Position numbers and translations under genes: made by a program. The notes below the pieces were generated by a model. The model was not told the origin of the DNA and made no database searches. It saw only the letters and a list, made by a program, of their open reading frames with translations. A DNA stretch of 60,552 bases, the filler included, from Bipalium vagum (lineage: Eukaryota): assembly GCA_037834085.1 (NCBI GenBank). It is 3 parts of 3 records of this genome, joined end to end, with 100 filler letters (N's around TTAATTAATTAA, not from the genome) between each part and the next. Parts side by side here need not be neighbours in the genome. Positions count along the whole stretch, not along the records: positions 22,822 to 40,154 come from JBBMKC010070838.1; 2 more parts are not named here. One strand, written 5' to 3'. This document shows positions 26,901 through 38,316 of this stretch, in pieces. Numbering within the stretch: the stretch's first letter is position 1; every line of letters starts with the position of its first letter.

Positions 26901-29900
26901 AGCCTCATCAACGGTTTTGCGACATGAGGCCGAAAGTTGTCATGAAGCAATATTATCAGGCCATTCTGGTCGATTGGCAGCGATTTCTTCTTTTAGTTGC
27001 ATTAACTGCTGTTGATAGCGATCGGCAGTCACTGTTTCACCAGGTTTCAGAAGTTCGTAGTACAGGTTACCTTTTTGATCCTACCATATGCATAACAATA
27101 CTTTTTTTCCCAAGAATGTTGCGCTTTGGAGTTGACTAACCTGGATCAACCCAAGATCTTTTTCGTCTGGGATTGGAGAAATATATCTATTTTTCATCGC
27201 CAGTTATTATACAATGAAGGAAAGATTTTTTTTGTTCATTTTGATCAAAATTTCGCATGTGGTTTTTCTCTGCTCTTGGCTTTTTTCTGTTAATGCATGA
27301 GGCAACCACTTTCCCACCTTTAGAATCTTTCCTAAACCGCGTAAACGATTGGAGATTGTTTGTTGGGCAACATTCAATGAAGCAGCTAATTGTACCTGAG
27401 TTTGACAGTCGTCTTCGTTCAACAAGTCTTGCAAATCAGGATCTTCAAATTTTTTGGGTGGATTTCCGTGGGCATTGTCATTAAGGTTAAAATTGCCCAT
27501 TGGAATTTTTGAAACGATTCCCGACATGTTCTTTCAGCTAAAGAATTGTTGCCATAAGCCTGTTCTAGTAATTAATTTGCTTCATCGGCATTTTTCTTTA
27601 AATTAAATAAAAATAATTAAGCTTCCCGCAAATGGTTATTTTCCGGCACAAATGTTTTCATCTAAAATATTAAATAATTAATGATGTGCAAACTATTTTA
27701 AAAATTATATTATTATAATTAGCGCTCAAAGTGAATATTATTTAAACAACAAATATAAAAAAAAATAATATCATTTTAATTTTAATTATAAAAAATAAAA
27801 ACGGGGAGTCATATTTGTAGACCTAATATATTCGCGTTTTATTGTTGAAATATTTAAAAATTATTTTTATTAATTTCATCTCGCTTATTAAGTTTTTGTT
27901 AAAATATGGGTTATTATAAATTAAAAATCAATAATATATGAAAAAAATCAAAAGAAATTTGCCGTCGAACTATTACCATCGATTTAATTTTCTCATTCTT
28001 GGGATGATTTGGTTCCATTTTTGTTCTCATTGTGTAAATATTAAAAATCACCTTTTATTGTTGACTAAATTGATATTTATCGATTATTTTAGAGTAAAAA
28101 TTAATAATACCATAAAAATCTATTAAAACAATTATCCTTTTAATTATTATTTATGTTAATTTAACCAAAATTATTTAAATTAAAAATCCAAATCAGAAAA
28201 AATCGATATATTTCCAATTGAACTCTTGAGTTACCTTTTATCTTTCACTGTGGGATGAGTTTAATTTAAAATCTATCTGCCATGATTGGGTAATGAAATA
28301 TATTGAATTTCCTTTTTATTGATTTATTCTTGGTTATGTGAAGCTAGAAAATTTTCAATTGATGTTTTTTGATAGTTAGTTTTATTTATTTTATTATTTT
28401 TTTATTTATTTTTGTTAATTAATATGGAATATCTTCGATTATTTATTATTTTATTTCGAAAAATTCGATAAATTTCCCAGCGAACTGCTTACGATCGATA
28501 ATCTCTGGTTTCTTAAGGTTTGGGATGCTCGAACTCTCGAATGTATTCGAGTATTAACGGGACATGTTGGTAGTGTCTTGTGTTTGCAATATGACAACAA
28601 TGTCATCATCAGTGGTTCCAGTGATTCTACAGTTCGTGTTTGGAGTCTTTCGTCGTGGTCATGTGTCAATACTATTTATCATCATTGTGAAGCCGTTTTG
28701 CATTTGCGTTTCGCTCACAGTATCCTTGTAACGTGCTCAAAAGTAATGTATTGTGATTTTTTTCTCAAGTGTTGTTCATTTGTTTTATCTTTATTTTCGT
28801 CTCTTCTCTTTCTCATCATCCCCTTACCAATGCTCACAACATCCGACTTCCTCTCACATCCAGGATCGCAGTATCGCTGTTTGGGATATGTTTGCTCCCG
28901 GTGATATCAGATTGAGAAGGGTGCTTGTTGGACATAGAGCGGCAGTCAATGTTGTGGATTTCGATCAAAAAAATATTGTTTCGGCAAGTGGCGATCGAAC
29001 AATTAAAGTCTGGAACACTCAGTCATGCGAATTCTTGCATACGATGAACGGTCATCGACGAGGTATCGCCTGTTTGCAATATCGTAACAATCTGGTCGTG
29101 TCCGGGAGCTCAGACAACACAATTCGTTTGTGGCAGATCGAAACCGGAACCTGTTTGCGAACGTTGGAAGGTCATCAAGAATTGGTTCGCTGTATCAGAT
29201 TCGATTCCAAATATATTGTATCGGGCGCTTATGACGGGTAATAATCATAAAATTAATATGAATGTAGATTATATATATTATTATTATTAATTTATTTTTA
29301 GTATTTATCAATTAGTTTTATATTTTTACTATCATTAATTATTAATAATTTATTTTTTATGAATTCTTGATTATTTCTTTTTCATTAAATATCGATTTCC
29401 TTTTTAAAATTATTTTTGTATCAGTTATCGAAATTTTTTTTTATTTTTAATAATTTTACATTTTTTATCAATGATCTTTGGCTTTTTATTATTGTTAGTT
29501 GAAAATTAATCTGATATACCGTGATTCGAACCCGGGACCCTTCACATGCGCATGGACTGCTCTGACCACTGAGCTACATCCCCAACTAACTTTCAAATTA
29601 TCTCAATTATATTTTAATTTTAATTTATTAAGTTTTTTTTATTAATTATTATGATTATTTTATTTACTGATTTATTATTTTCATCTTTAAAAATATATTT
29701 TATTTTTAATGTCCTTAATTATTGCTTTTTATTTTATTAATTGTCGAATATTTTATTATTTCTATTTTCATTAAATATCAATTTTTTAATATTTTTTTTT
29801 ATTAATTATTTATAATTTTTTGATATTTAATGTTTATAAATTTATTATCAGTAATCTTTGACCTATTATTATGTATTATTATTATTATTATTATTATTAC

Positions 29901-31735
29901 CAACTTACAACGGTATTTTTGAGAGGAAATTGGTTTGTTTTTGCTTAATTTTTCCAGAAACACATTAAAAAATCAATAAGGAAAGCAAAAGATCGGTCAT
30001 TTTCAAGCGTACAAAACACCCACATATTTTTTTATTGATATATTTTGATTATTTAAAATAATGAATATTGTTATTATTTTAAATATTGATCTTTTTAAAA
30101 TTTTCTGAAATATTCTTAGTTATTCATTGATTTTTAAATTTATTTTTCTTCATTCGTTTTAACAATTAAAACATCGATAAAACCATTATTTTGATATATT
30201 ATATTATTTTAGTAAACAAAAATTATTATCATTTGATGATGGGTAACTGAACTATTTGATTGACATTTTTAAAAGAAAGTGATTTCGTTGTTCATAACAA
30301 ATTTTTTATTGAGATTCGATTTTTGTTAACTGATTTATTAGTTTATTGATTGAGTTTAATGGGAAATATTTAAAAATATTGAAACAAAAATAAGCTGAAA
30401 TAAGAATTAAGAGATCAATTCTTTTATTGTTGTCTAAATATTCATTCTCTAATGTTAATTAAAACTTTCAATTACTTACATTATAGATATTGAACTGATT
30501 ACTGGAAAATGTCTAAATATATATTAAAAACCTTTGTTGCAATATATAAGATCCAATTTTCGCGATTGGCACTTGTCTCGTAAGGAATTGTTGACATTAT
30601 CACTAATTGTTTTTCGATTAATTAATTGCAATAATCATTAAATCGACGCTAGGCGTGCATTCTCCGTCATACGTGAATCTGTGTGGTTGGTCATTGACTA
30701 TGTCCGTTATCTAAGGGACTTCACATCATCGATTGATTTTCCACATTTTGAGTTCTGAGTTTTGTTTGCTTTATGTGCTCAACTTTGATTTTTTGATGAT
30801 ATTGATTTCAATAATTATTTTTACTATTAATCAATAATTGATTACTACTAGTACTAATGCTAATAATATTATCTTTAATACTTTTTTTTTATTAGGTATT
30901 ACTTGATTGATTTCTCATAATAATGTTATTATTTTTATATTAATTGTAGATTTCTCATTTTATTATTATTATTAAAATATGAATTTCTTAGTTTATTAAA
31001 ATAAGAACGATAAGTCAATAATGTATGATATTGAATGTAGAAACGTGTAAGGATATTATGTGATTTGAAATTGATTTGAATTTATATCTAAATAACAGAC
31101 TTTAAATTATTGTAATAAATAATATAAAAATTGGCTAAAATTTTATTTCATATTATTATTAATTTTTATTGATTAAAATATACATTTTAATATCATTTAC
31201 ATGAAAATTTGAATCGAATAACTTAAGAATGATGAAGTTATTGAGTCAATAATTAATGGTAATTTCTCTTTGTCTTTGTATGTTTGGTTGTCATTGTAAA
31301 GGTTATTGAGAATGATCTTGATCTGGATGATGATGATCTAATTATGATGAAGATGATGATTATTAGGCTTTTTTCAGGAAAATCAAAGTTTGGGATCTTG
31401 TGGCTGCCTTGAATCCCCAAAGTCCTGCCACCAGTCTCTGTCTTCAGACACTCAATCAACACACCGGTCGTGTGTTCAGGCTACAGTTCGATGAGTTCCA
31501 AATCGTTTCCAGCTCTCACGACGACACGATTTTGATTTGGGATTTCCTGGACACTGCTGGTGTCAATCAGGTAGTCAAATTAAATGATTATAATAACGAG
31601 GAAATTGTTTACAACAACAACGATCATGGCAACGACAGCAACATTCACCGTAACCACAGTAGCAACAGCCATAGCAACCACAACGCATTTGATGATTATA
31701 GCTACGAAGAACCCCACGAACTTGATATGACTTGA
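23923..31735 (+). CDS. BTRC: beta-TrCP / Slimb (FBXW1/FBXW11) F-box WD40 substrate receptor of the SCF E3 ligase; ~621 aa from the ATG at 23923
   Basis: Exons 23923-24166, 24317-24843, 24897-25034, 28518-28742, 28864-29237 and 31378-31735, all GT-AG and in frame. Dimerisation domain ([22 protein letters not shown]), F-box ([11 protein letters not shown]) and seven WD40 repeats with beta-TrCP signatures ([76 protein letters not shown]). The first ATG follows ttttag, so an upstream exon may exist. Confidence 0.96.
26567..27826 (-). mobile_element. Near full-length mariner (Mos1/mauritiana-like), inactivated, in beta-TrCP intron 3
   Basis: TIRs ttaggtctacaaatatgactcc...gttttt at both ends, TA on both sides, 1260 bp. 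Transposase starts at 27661 ([14 protein letters not shown]) and has KWLPHAL, LLHDN and HPPYSPDI motifs, broken by frameshifts. Confidence 0.93.
29512..29583 (-). pseudogene. Degenerate tRNA-Ala(CGC) or tRNA-derived SINE head, antisense in beta-TrCP intron 5
   Basis: Minus strand GGGGATGTAGCTCAGTGGTCAGAGCA GTCCA TGCGCAT GTGAA GGGTC CCGGGTTCGAATCACGG TATATCA. A and B boxes and D arm intact, G3.U70 retained, CGC at the anticodon position. Acceptor and anticodon stems are mismatched and position 33 is G. Confidence 0.7.
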
Positions 31736-33829
31736 TTCACACATTCCTGGCCCATTATCTGTCTGTCTCTTGAATTCCCACTCACCCTAAACCCTCTTCT
31801 CTGTCTTGCTGTGTCCATCTTTTTCTATCTGTCTGTCTGTCTGTCTGTCTCTCTCACTAACTTTCGTTCACATTATTGGAAAAAAATCACTTTTATGCAA
31901 ATACAGTTTTCTGAAAAAACGTTTTTATGTCAATTCTTTGTCATTCTGTTATTATTCCCATTGATTTTTATCGATTATTTTGACAGTAATATATTTCTGG
32001 GTGAGAGAAAATTCTGAGCGTCGTTTGCATCACATTTAATTTTAAATCTATATAAAAGTGCTATACTAAATAAATATTGATTAATCGATAAAGGTAGTGT
32101 AATATGTAGTGCATGATCTTCCGATTCCAAATCGTCCTGGTTAATTTCTTGACAACAAAAATATCGAGATTTTTCGATAAATGCGAGCACTTTTCATTGA
32201 TATTATGGGAAATCCAATTTTACAGGGAAAGAATTCATTCAAAATTTTGAAAAAGATTAGAATCAATTTACTTTTACAGCTTGTCTGTGTATCTTAATTT
32301 GTATCTTCATTCTCAAGAAACGAGATTCAGAGAGGGCGAGAGAGCAGCGCATAACGTGAACAGGTTTTGCATCAAAGGTTCCCATTGAATGATACTCGAA
32401 TGTTATTTAAGAACCCAAAATCGATTTTCTCTCTTAAGAGCTGATGTTTTGACTTTGAGATAGGTCCTGTTGCTATAATCACTAAAACATAATTAATCGT
32501 GCTCATGCTTTTTCTTCGTCGACAGGAACACCTTTCGAGATGGTTTAAAAAGTAGTACCCTTGGATATGAGGGCATTTTTCACTGAGTTCATATTGTACT
32601 ACTTGTTTGAATTGCTTTAACGTGCTTTGTATGTCAGAAAAATTGACCAATTGGCTTTCGGGTTTTTTGATTTTTTCTATCACAGTCTGTATGTGCTTGT
32701 GATATTTCACTTCGGGTCGAGATTCACATGATGTTTAGGAAACACTTTTTACACGGAATCAAAGTCGCCGACCTTTGTTCCGTTTTTTGACAGTTTTTTG
32801 CCATGAGTTGTTCAAAAGTCGAAAATTTCTTTGGGATATCGATTTAGTTCAAACGACGCTCGGAACGTTACCCTCTTTAATATGAGCCTATTTTAAATCA
32901 AGTTTAAATTTTTTATAATTATTGATTTTGTGTGGAAAGAATTACTAGTTTTGATATGCGGATTTTTTGCGAATTATAAAATCTAAAAGTTCGGTTTTTA
33001 GAATAACGTCTTTTGATTTTGATTTTCTTTGCCATCAGTTTCAAAAAGTGCGACACATGTGTATCATTGATTTTTTTTCTGTCGATTTGTTATTTTAAAA
33101 TCGATTTTGTTATTGATCGATAATTTATTGAAATTTAACTTATCGTTATTGCGTGGAGTTTTTGTTAAATCTTTGACTTTTTTTTAATGTTGTCAGACCT
33201 CAAAAAATGTGAAGTGAGTTTTTCTATAAAATAGCAAATGCGAATATGAGTATTTATCGATTGAATGGTTCATTAGAAATAAAATTACAGAAGGATTATT
33301 ATTGAAAGTGAGTTTTATTGAATTAAAAATACGGAAAACTATGTATACATGTGTGTGGTGCAAAATAGCATTCAATATTTAAGGACACTTGTTGATATCA
33401 TCTAATGACGCGCTTAAAATAATAAAGGGTTAAAAGAACTGCTAATATTGGAAACGGTTGTAATTCGAGATTTAGAAATGTGGTCGAAGTGAGCCGTAAT
33501 TAGTAAGAGTCACACGAAGTTATCCAATCAATGAGGATATTTTTCCACGAATTGTTTTCGGGACTAAAAAGAATTTTTCAACATTTTTTTCAAAGTGATC
33601 ACTAAAAGCAAATTTTTTTCTCGACAAAAAGACGAAATCACAGATTTTGATCCACTTGGCCTAGAAATATCAGAGAAATTATGAAAAATTGTTAAATAAG
33701 GGTCTAAATTTATTTTCCTGGAATGTATCGTAACCGGTTATCGATTTTCTTTTATTCTCATTCGGCTGTGTTTATGTTATGAAATAATAGAGGACCTATC
33801 AGATTGACTAACACTGGGTGTTGTCATAG

Positions 33830-34634
33830 AACCTTTAGGTGCATTATATCTGTTTCTCGGACATATCTCTAGACAATAATGGTCTCACCAGATTTTAGGA
33901 GGCTGTGATAAATGAGATCAGAGGCAGACAACCAAATGCTTACCATAACCTTTTTCGGGTGCGACGTTGTCGAACACAATTATGAACCAACCTTTGAGCA
34001 GGTCGTGGTCAGTTATAGTGCCACAACCATTTCTCATCGCACGTTACTGTATGATCAAGAAACGCAGCGTTTTGGTTGCGCAGAAAAGTCTAAAACAGAT
34101 ATGTCGGCCATTTCTTTGATATTCGGTCAATTCGTGCGATACTCATTTATTTATTTTTTATCCTTCAATTTGTGTTAAAGTGGTACAAAACGGTTATCTG
34201 ATGAACGCTGATGTTTTTCGCCGCTTCCCTTATGATTTTTTTTGAGTCTGCTTCGATGATTGTTTTTAACTGAACATCAACAACTTCTGACTTCTAAGAC
34301 CCTTTTCATCCTCCAAGCTGGAAATGACAGGCTGTAAATTTTTCAACCCATGTACATATGCTTCGTTTAGAAACAGCTTGATAGCTCAATACTTAGATTC
34401 CGTTTCATGTCGCTTCCGCAGCATTATGACTACGTTTAAATTTGTGCAGAAGAATTATCCGAATTTCTGGTTTTGAAAGCATTTCGAAAATAGTTAACTA
34501 ATTTAAATTAAGTGATGCATTTAAATAATTAACTACTTGATTATTAAGCAGAAAACGCGCTTTAAATAATGTTCTGTAAAAATATTGATACAGAAACAAT
34601 TTAAAAAACGGCCATTATTTTTGCACCAACTTAA
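33830..34634 (-). mobile_element. Decayed mariner (5' part)
   Basis: Minus-strand ELTEYQRNGR and FLDHTVTCDEKWLW. TIR ttaagttggtgcaaaaataatggccg ends at 34634 followed by TA. Left boundary approximate. Confidence 0.75.
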
Positions 34635-37600
34635 TATAGGATTCCAGAGGTGTGACTAAATTTGTTTGATTATTCAGATTTGTGATTTTGTAAAATAAAT
34701 TATTAAAAAACTTATACCTATTGAATAGAAATTGATAAATATTAATATAGCGACATCATGTGTGTTTATTATTATATGAAAAGAAAAGGAATACATTCTA
34801 GAACAAGAAAATTTGAAGTTCCCGCAACCAATAAATAATAATATGTGATGGGATCAGTTTCTGCGGACTATCTATTTTTTGTTTAACAGAAAAATATACA
34901 TTGATTGATTCAGATACAGTGAGAGAAAGGAAACGCCAGAGATTATTTTTACTATGTATACTACTTGGACGTGATATCTTCTACAAACAAGACTTGGTAC
35001 AACAATGCCCAGAGGGCATTAATTAATATGGAATATTAATAATCTGATGAATGTTGTCGGCAGTTCATTGACGGCAGTTCTGTTTTTCCAATATTTTTGG
35101 AAAAAATTTGACACTCACCGTACAAAAACGATGTCTAAATATTCAATGTGTTTTTATTGTCAATATTATCCAGTCAGAGTTTTATTGTTAAGTTTTCCAA
35201 AGGAAGCACTACATAGAAAAATTTTTGAAAAAAATCAATATATGTGAAATATAAGGGTTTCGTAAAAACTGTTTTCTTAATTATAAAATGGATTTTGTTT
35301 TTAAAACAAGACATTAGAGGTTATTAATAACGAACTTTTTATTTTTATGATGAAATTAACATTTTTAATATTGATTTTTTATAATTATTATAATTTAGAA
35401 ATAAGGACAGTTTTGATGAGATATTTGATTTCAAAATTGATTTTTAAGTGTAATAAATCAAGTATTCATTTTAAAACTGAATATTGTTTTTTTATAGAAA
35501 TGTTATCAGATCAATTGTTCGCCTTTTAATATTTAGTTGTCATTTTTGAAAATTTAGAAATGAAAAAAAATTATTACAGAAAAAGATATTACGGTCTTAT
35601 CCATTAAGTTTAAACAATGTAGTATGGAGTATATGACTAAGGCTTTAGATGATCAATAAATCTGAAGAACGATTATAATAAACAAGAAATGGAATGAAAA
35701 ATTAGAAAAATTGGAGTATGGTTAGTGAGGGAGAGTGGGACCTTCATGTATGAACTTGGAGTTGTCCCGAAGAAAAACAAAAATTTCACTTGATTAATTG
35801 ACATCCATAGAAATGGACACAGTAGCTGCACAAAAAGGTTAACAGGTTACATTTTAGTTAGAGTATATTAAACTTGTGGCCAGGTTTTGCGGACTTTGCA
35901 GGGAATCAATTTCCACTCAAAAGTGACCACTGTATTTAAAAGATGTTATCTGTTGAAAATCTTTGAATAGACATTAACTCTCTCCAGTAGAGTTTTATTG
36001 TTCCATTTGATAATTATTTAGAAAAAGTTTCATGGAACTATTTTATGTTTTGGACAGTTGGACAAAACTGTCGACATGAGCACAATTTAATTTTAGAGCC
36101 AAAAAATATCACACTAAGCTACAATATCATCATCGATTCATCATGAACTTCAATTCTTTATTGACATACGAAAACCGATACCCGGCAGATCAATATTTTG
36201 TATCACACAATTATCATATGCGATGTTAAGGTTAGAGTTTTTGAAATCTCTTTGGTATTGTGTTTAATCTGTGGTTTAAAAGTACCAAGATTTCAGAATT
36301 CATGAGAAATAAATAAAAAATTAAGCAATTTTTGTTAATAGTAACAAAATATTTATTTTTCTTACTCACTTTAATAAGAAAAATAATCAATTAACGATCT
36401 TTTAGTGATTAATACTCTAAATGTCAATATTGAATTTCTAATTCAGTTATAATCAATGCTTATAAATAGACTTTATCATTCGTTAACTTTTTATTTTTAA
36501 AAATATTATTAAAATTTTTGTAATAAATATATCTATTAAGACATTTGAATATTAAAAATATTCTCCAATGATTAAATTCGTTTTGGATCAGCATTATTTT
36601 ATATTAATCAATATTTGTCAATGCAATATTTTTATTTACAAAAAATTAATATTGATTATTATGTTCATTTTGTTTCTTCCTAATCTTACAATACTCAAAA
36701 ACAATTATCTTACGGTAAACCCATCGATAAAAATTCCATTGATCTATACATTAAAATTTTATGTTAGACCCTTTTTTTTAAAATTGTCATCTATTTATAA
36801 ATAAATATTTTTCATGAATAATTTTCAAATGACAGTTGTATAAAAATAAAAATTATTTAAACTTATATATTAATCACTATCACGCATATATAGATTTTTT
36901 ATGGAGCGGTGGTTAAAGTAGTTGTCATTGAAATTTTGTTTTGTTAACAAATGATTTTATCGATTTATTTCTTTTTCAATATTTCAAGTTTGTATAAAAT
37001 CATAAAGAAAGATCATAAAAAATAACTGTTATTGACAAAAATATTGATTATCACTTAAATACAGATTTGTTTTATTTTTATTGATTTTCGTAATCAAATT
37101 AAATATTCTACATTAACATGATTTAATCATGATATAAATTTTTCTATCTGTCAGTGTCTGATGACAAAACGTCGTAAACGTATGAGTTTTTCATTGTTAT
37201 CAGTAATATATCCCTCAAACCATTTATAGTGCATGTCAATCAATATTGAACGTGACCTCTGTGTTTCAAGCTTCTTGACTTTTTGACATATCTAATTGAC
37301 AACCTAACTGATACTTTTAAGCTTGGTCATGGTTGTCATTGATGTTTTCTTTTCAGTGGTAACTTTCTGTAAAGTAACCGGTATTACTTTTGTCTTTACA
37401 ATTGAAAGTCGTTTTTTAAAAATGTTTTTTTAAAGAGAAATTAAAAAAATGCTCATCTTTTTCCAAAAAATTTCAATTTAATTTCTGATAGCATTCTTTC
37501 AATGTTGATTTATTGTTATCGATTGAGAAGAGTCGAGAAAAATTATCTTAACATTCTCTTCTGATATTCTTTTGGTTTCACTTATCTTTACTAGCATTTA

Positions 37601-37707
37601 CACAATTCAATCAATATATTAAATAAATTTTTATCGTGAAATCGATTTGATTTTTTAATAAACAATTTTCTTGGCCAGTTATTGATTTCCAATAATATTG
37701 ATTAAAG

Positions 37708-38316
37708 GATTCAAGTATGAACATGGTGCGAAGTCCAGTTGTGAGTCTTGACAATGATGACGAATCAATAATACCCATTGTTGACCCTGTGGTAATATTG
37801 AATAATGCATCGGCATCGAACAAAAATTTAGGGTTCGAATATGATTTAAATGCTCACGATAATTTCTCCATGATGATGAGTAGTACGAATTTTGCCATTG
37901 ATCCTTCAGCTCTTAATAATATGCTCGTCGGTCACACAATTCCCGGTAACAATAACACTCTCGTTTGTAATCAAAACGGCAGCAGCAACATCACTAACAA
38001 CAACCACAGTCACAACAACAGTATCATCACAACCACCACTAATAACACCACAAATAATGGAAATAGATCAGCTAGCAGCTTTAACATTAATAGTTACAGA
38101 AGACTCCATCAGACTCCTTCCAAACCTTCATTTGATCCTCGAGTCAGACAAAGTAACGACTCTCTCAACGAATCAAGACTCCGACCAACTTTTGATAACT
38201 TTCTTTTCGACAGCAGTCACACAAGTATCACTTCAGATCATGACGATATTCAGGCACAAGATAACGAAAATGAACACGATCACATGAGATCTTCTTCGTC
38301 TCGTCGATTTTCTTGA
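37708..38316 (+). CDS. Asn/Ser/Thr-rich low-complexity coding exon; probable alternative terminal exon of beta-TrCP
   Basis: 202 open codons after attaaag|GAT TCA AGT ATG, in phase with the CAG|gtagtc donor at 31570/31571 of beta-TrCP. AATAAA near 38965. It could instead be a separate single-exon gene from the ATG at 37717. Confidence 0.6.
   Translation, partial: DSSMNMVRSPVVSLDNDDESIIPIVDPVVILNNASASNKNLGFEYDLNAHDNFSMMMSSTNFAIDPSALNNMLVGHTIPGNNNTLVCNQNGSSNITNNNHSHNNSIITTTTNNTTNNGNRSASSFNINSYRRLHQTPSKPSFDPRVRQSNDSLNESRLRPTFDNFLFDSSHTSITSDHDDIQAQDNENEHDHMRSSSSRRFS

Noticed and set aside
30565-30610. attggcacttgtctcg resembling miR-25/92 or miR-96 family sequences
   Set aside because: The surrounding sequence does not form a convincing precursor hairpin.
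32865-33433. TTAA-type (piggyBac-like) MITE ending in aaagggttaa at ~33432
   Set aside because: Only one convincing terminus; the proposed left end does not match well.
37150-37205. Hammerhead ribozyme-like CTGATGA...G(T)AAAC (also CTGAAGA...GAAA near 6076)
   Set aside because: The core is broken: no intact GAAA or no purine-pyrimidine closing pair for stem II, and stem I does not pair next to the core.
37892-38287. Overlapping alternative-frame or antisense ORFs (also 53152-53503, 59319-59533, 59680-59865)
   Set aside because: Shadows of low-complexity coding exons, with no independent splice sites or motifs.
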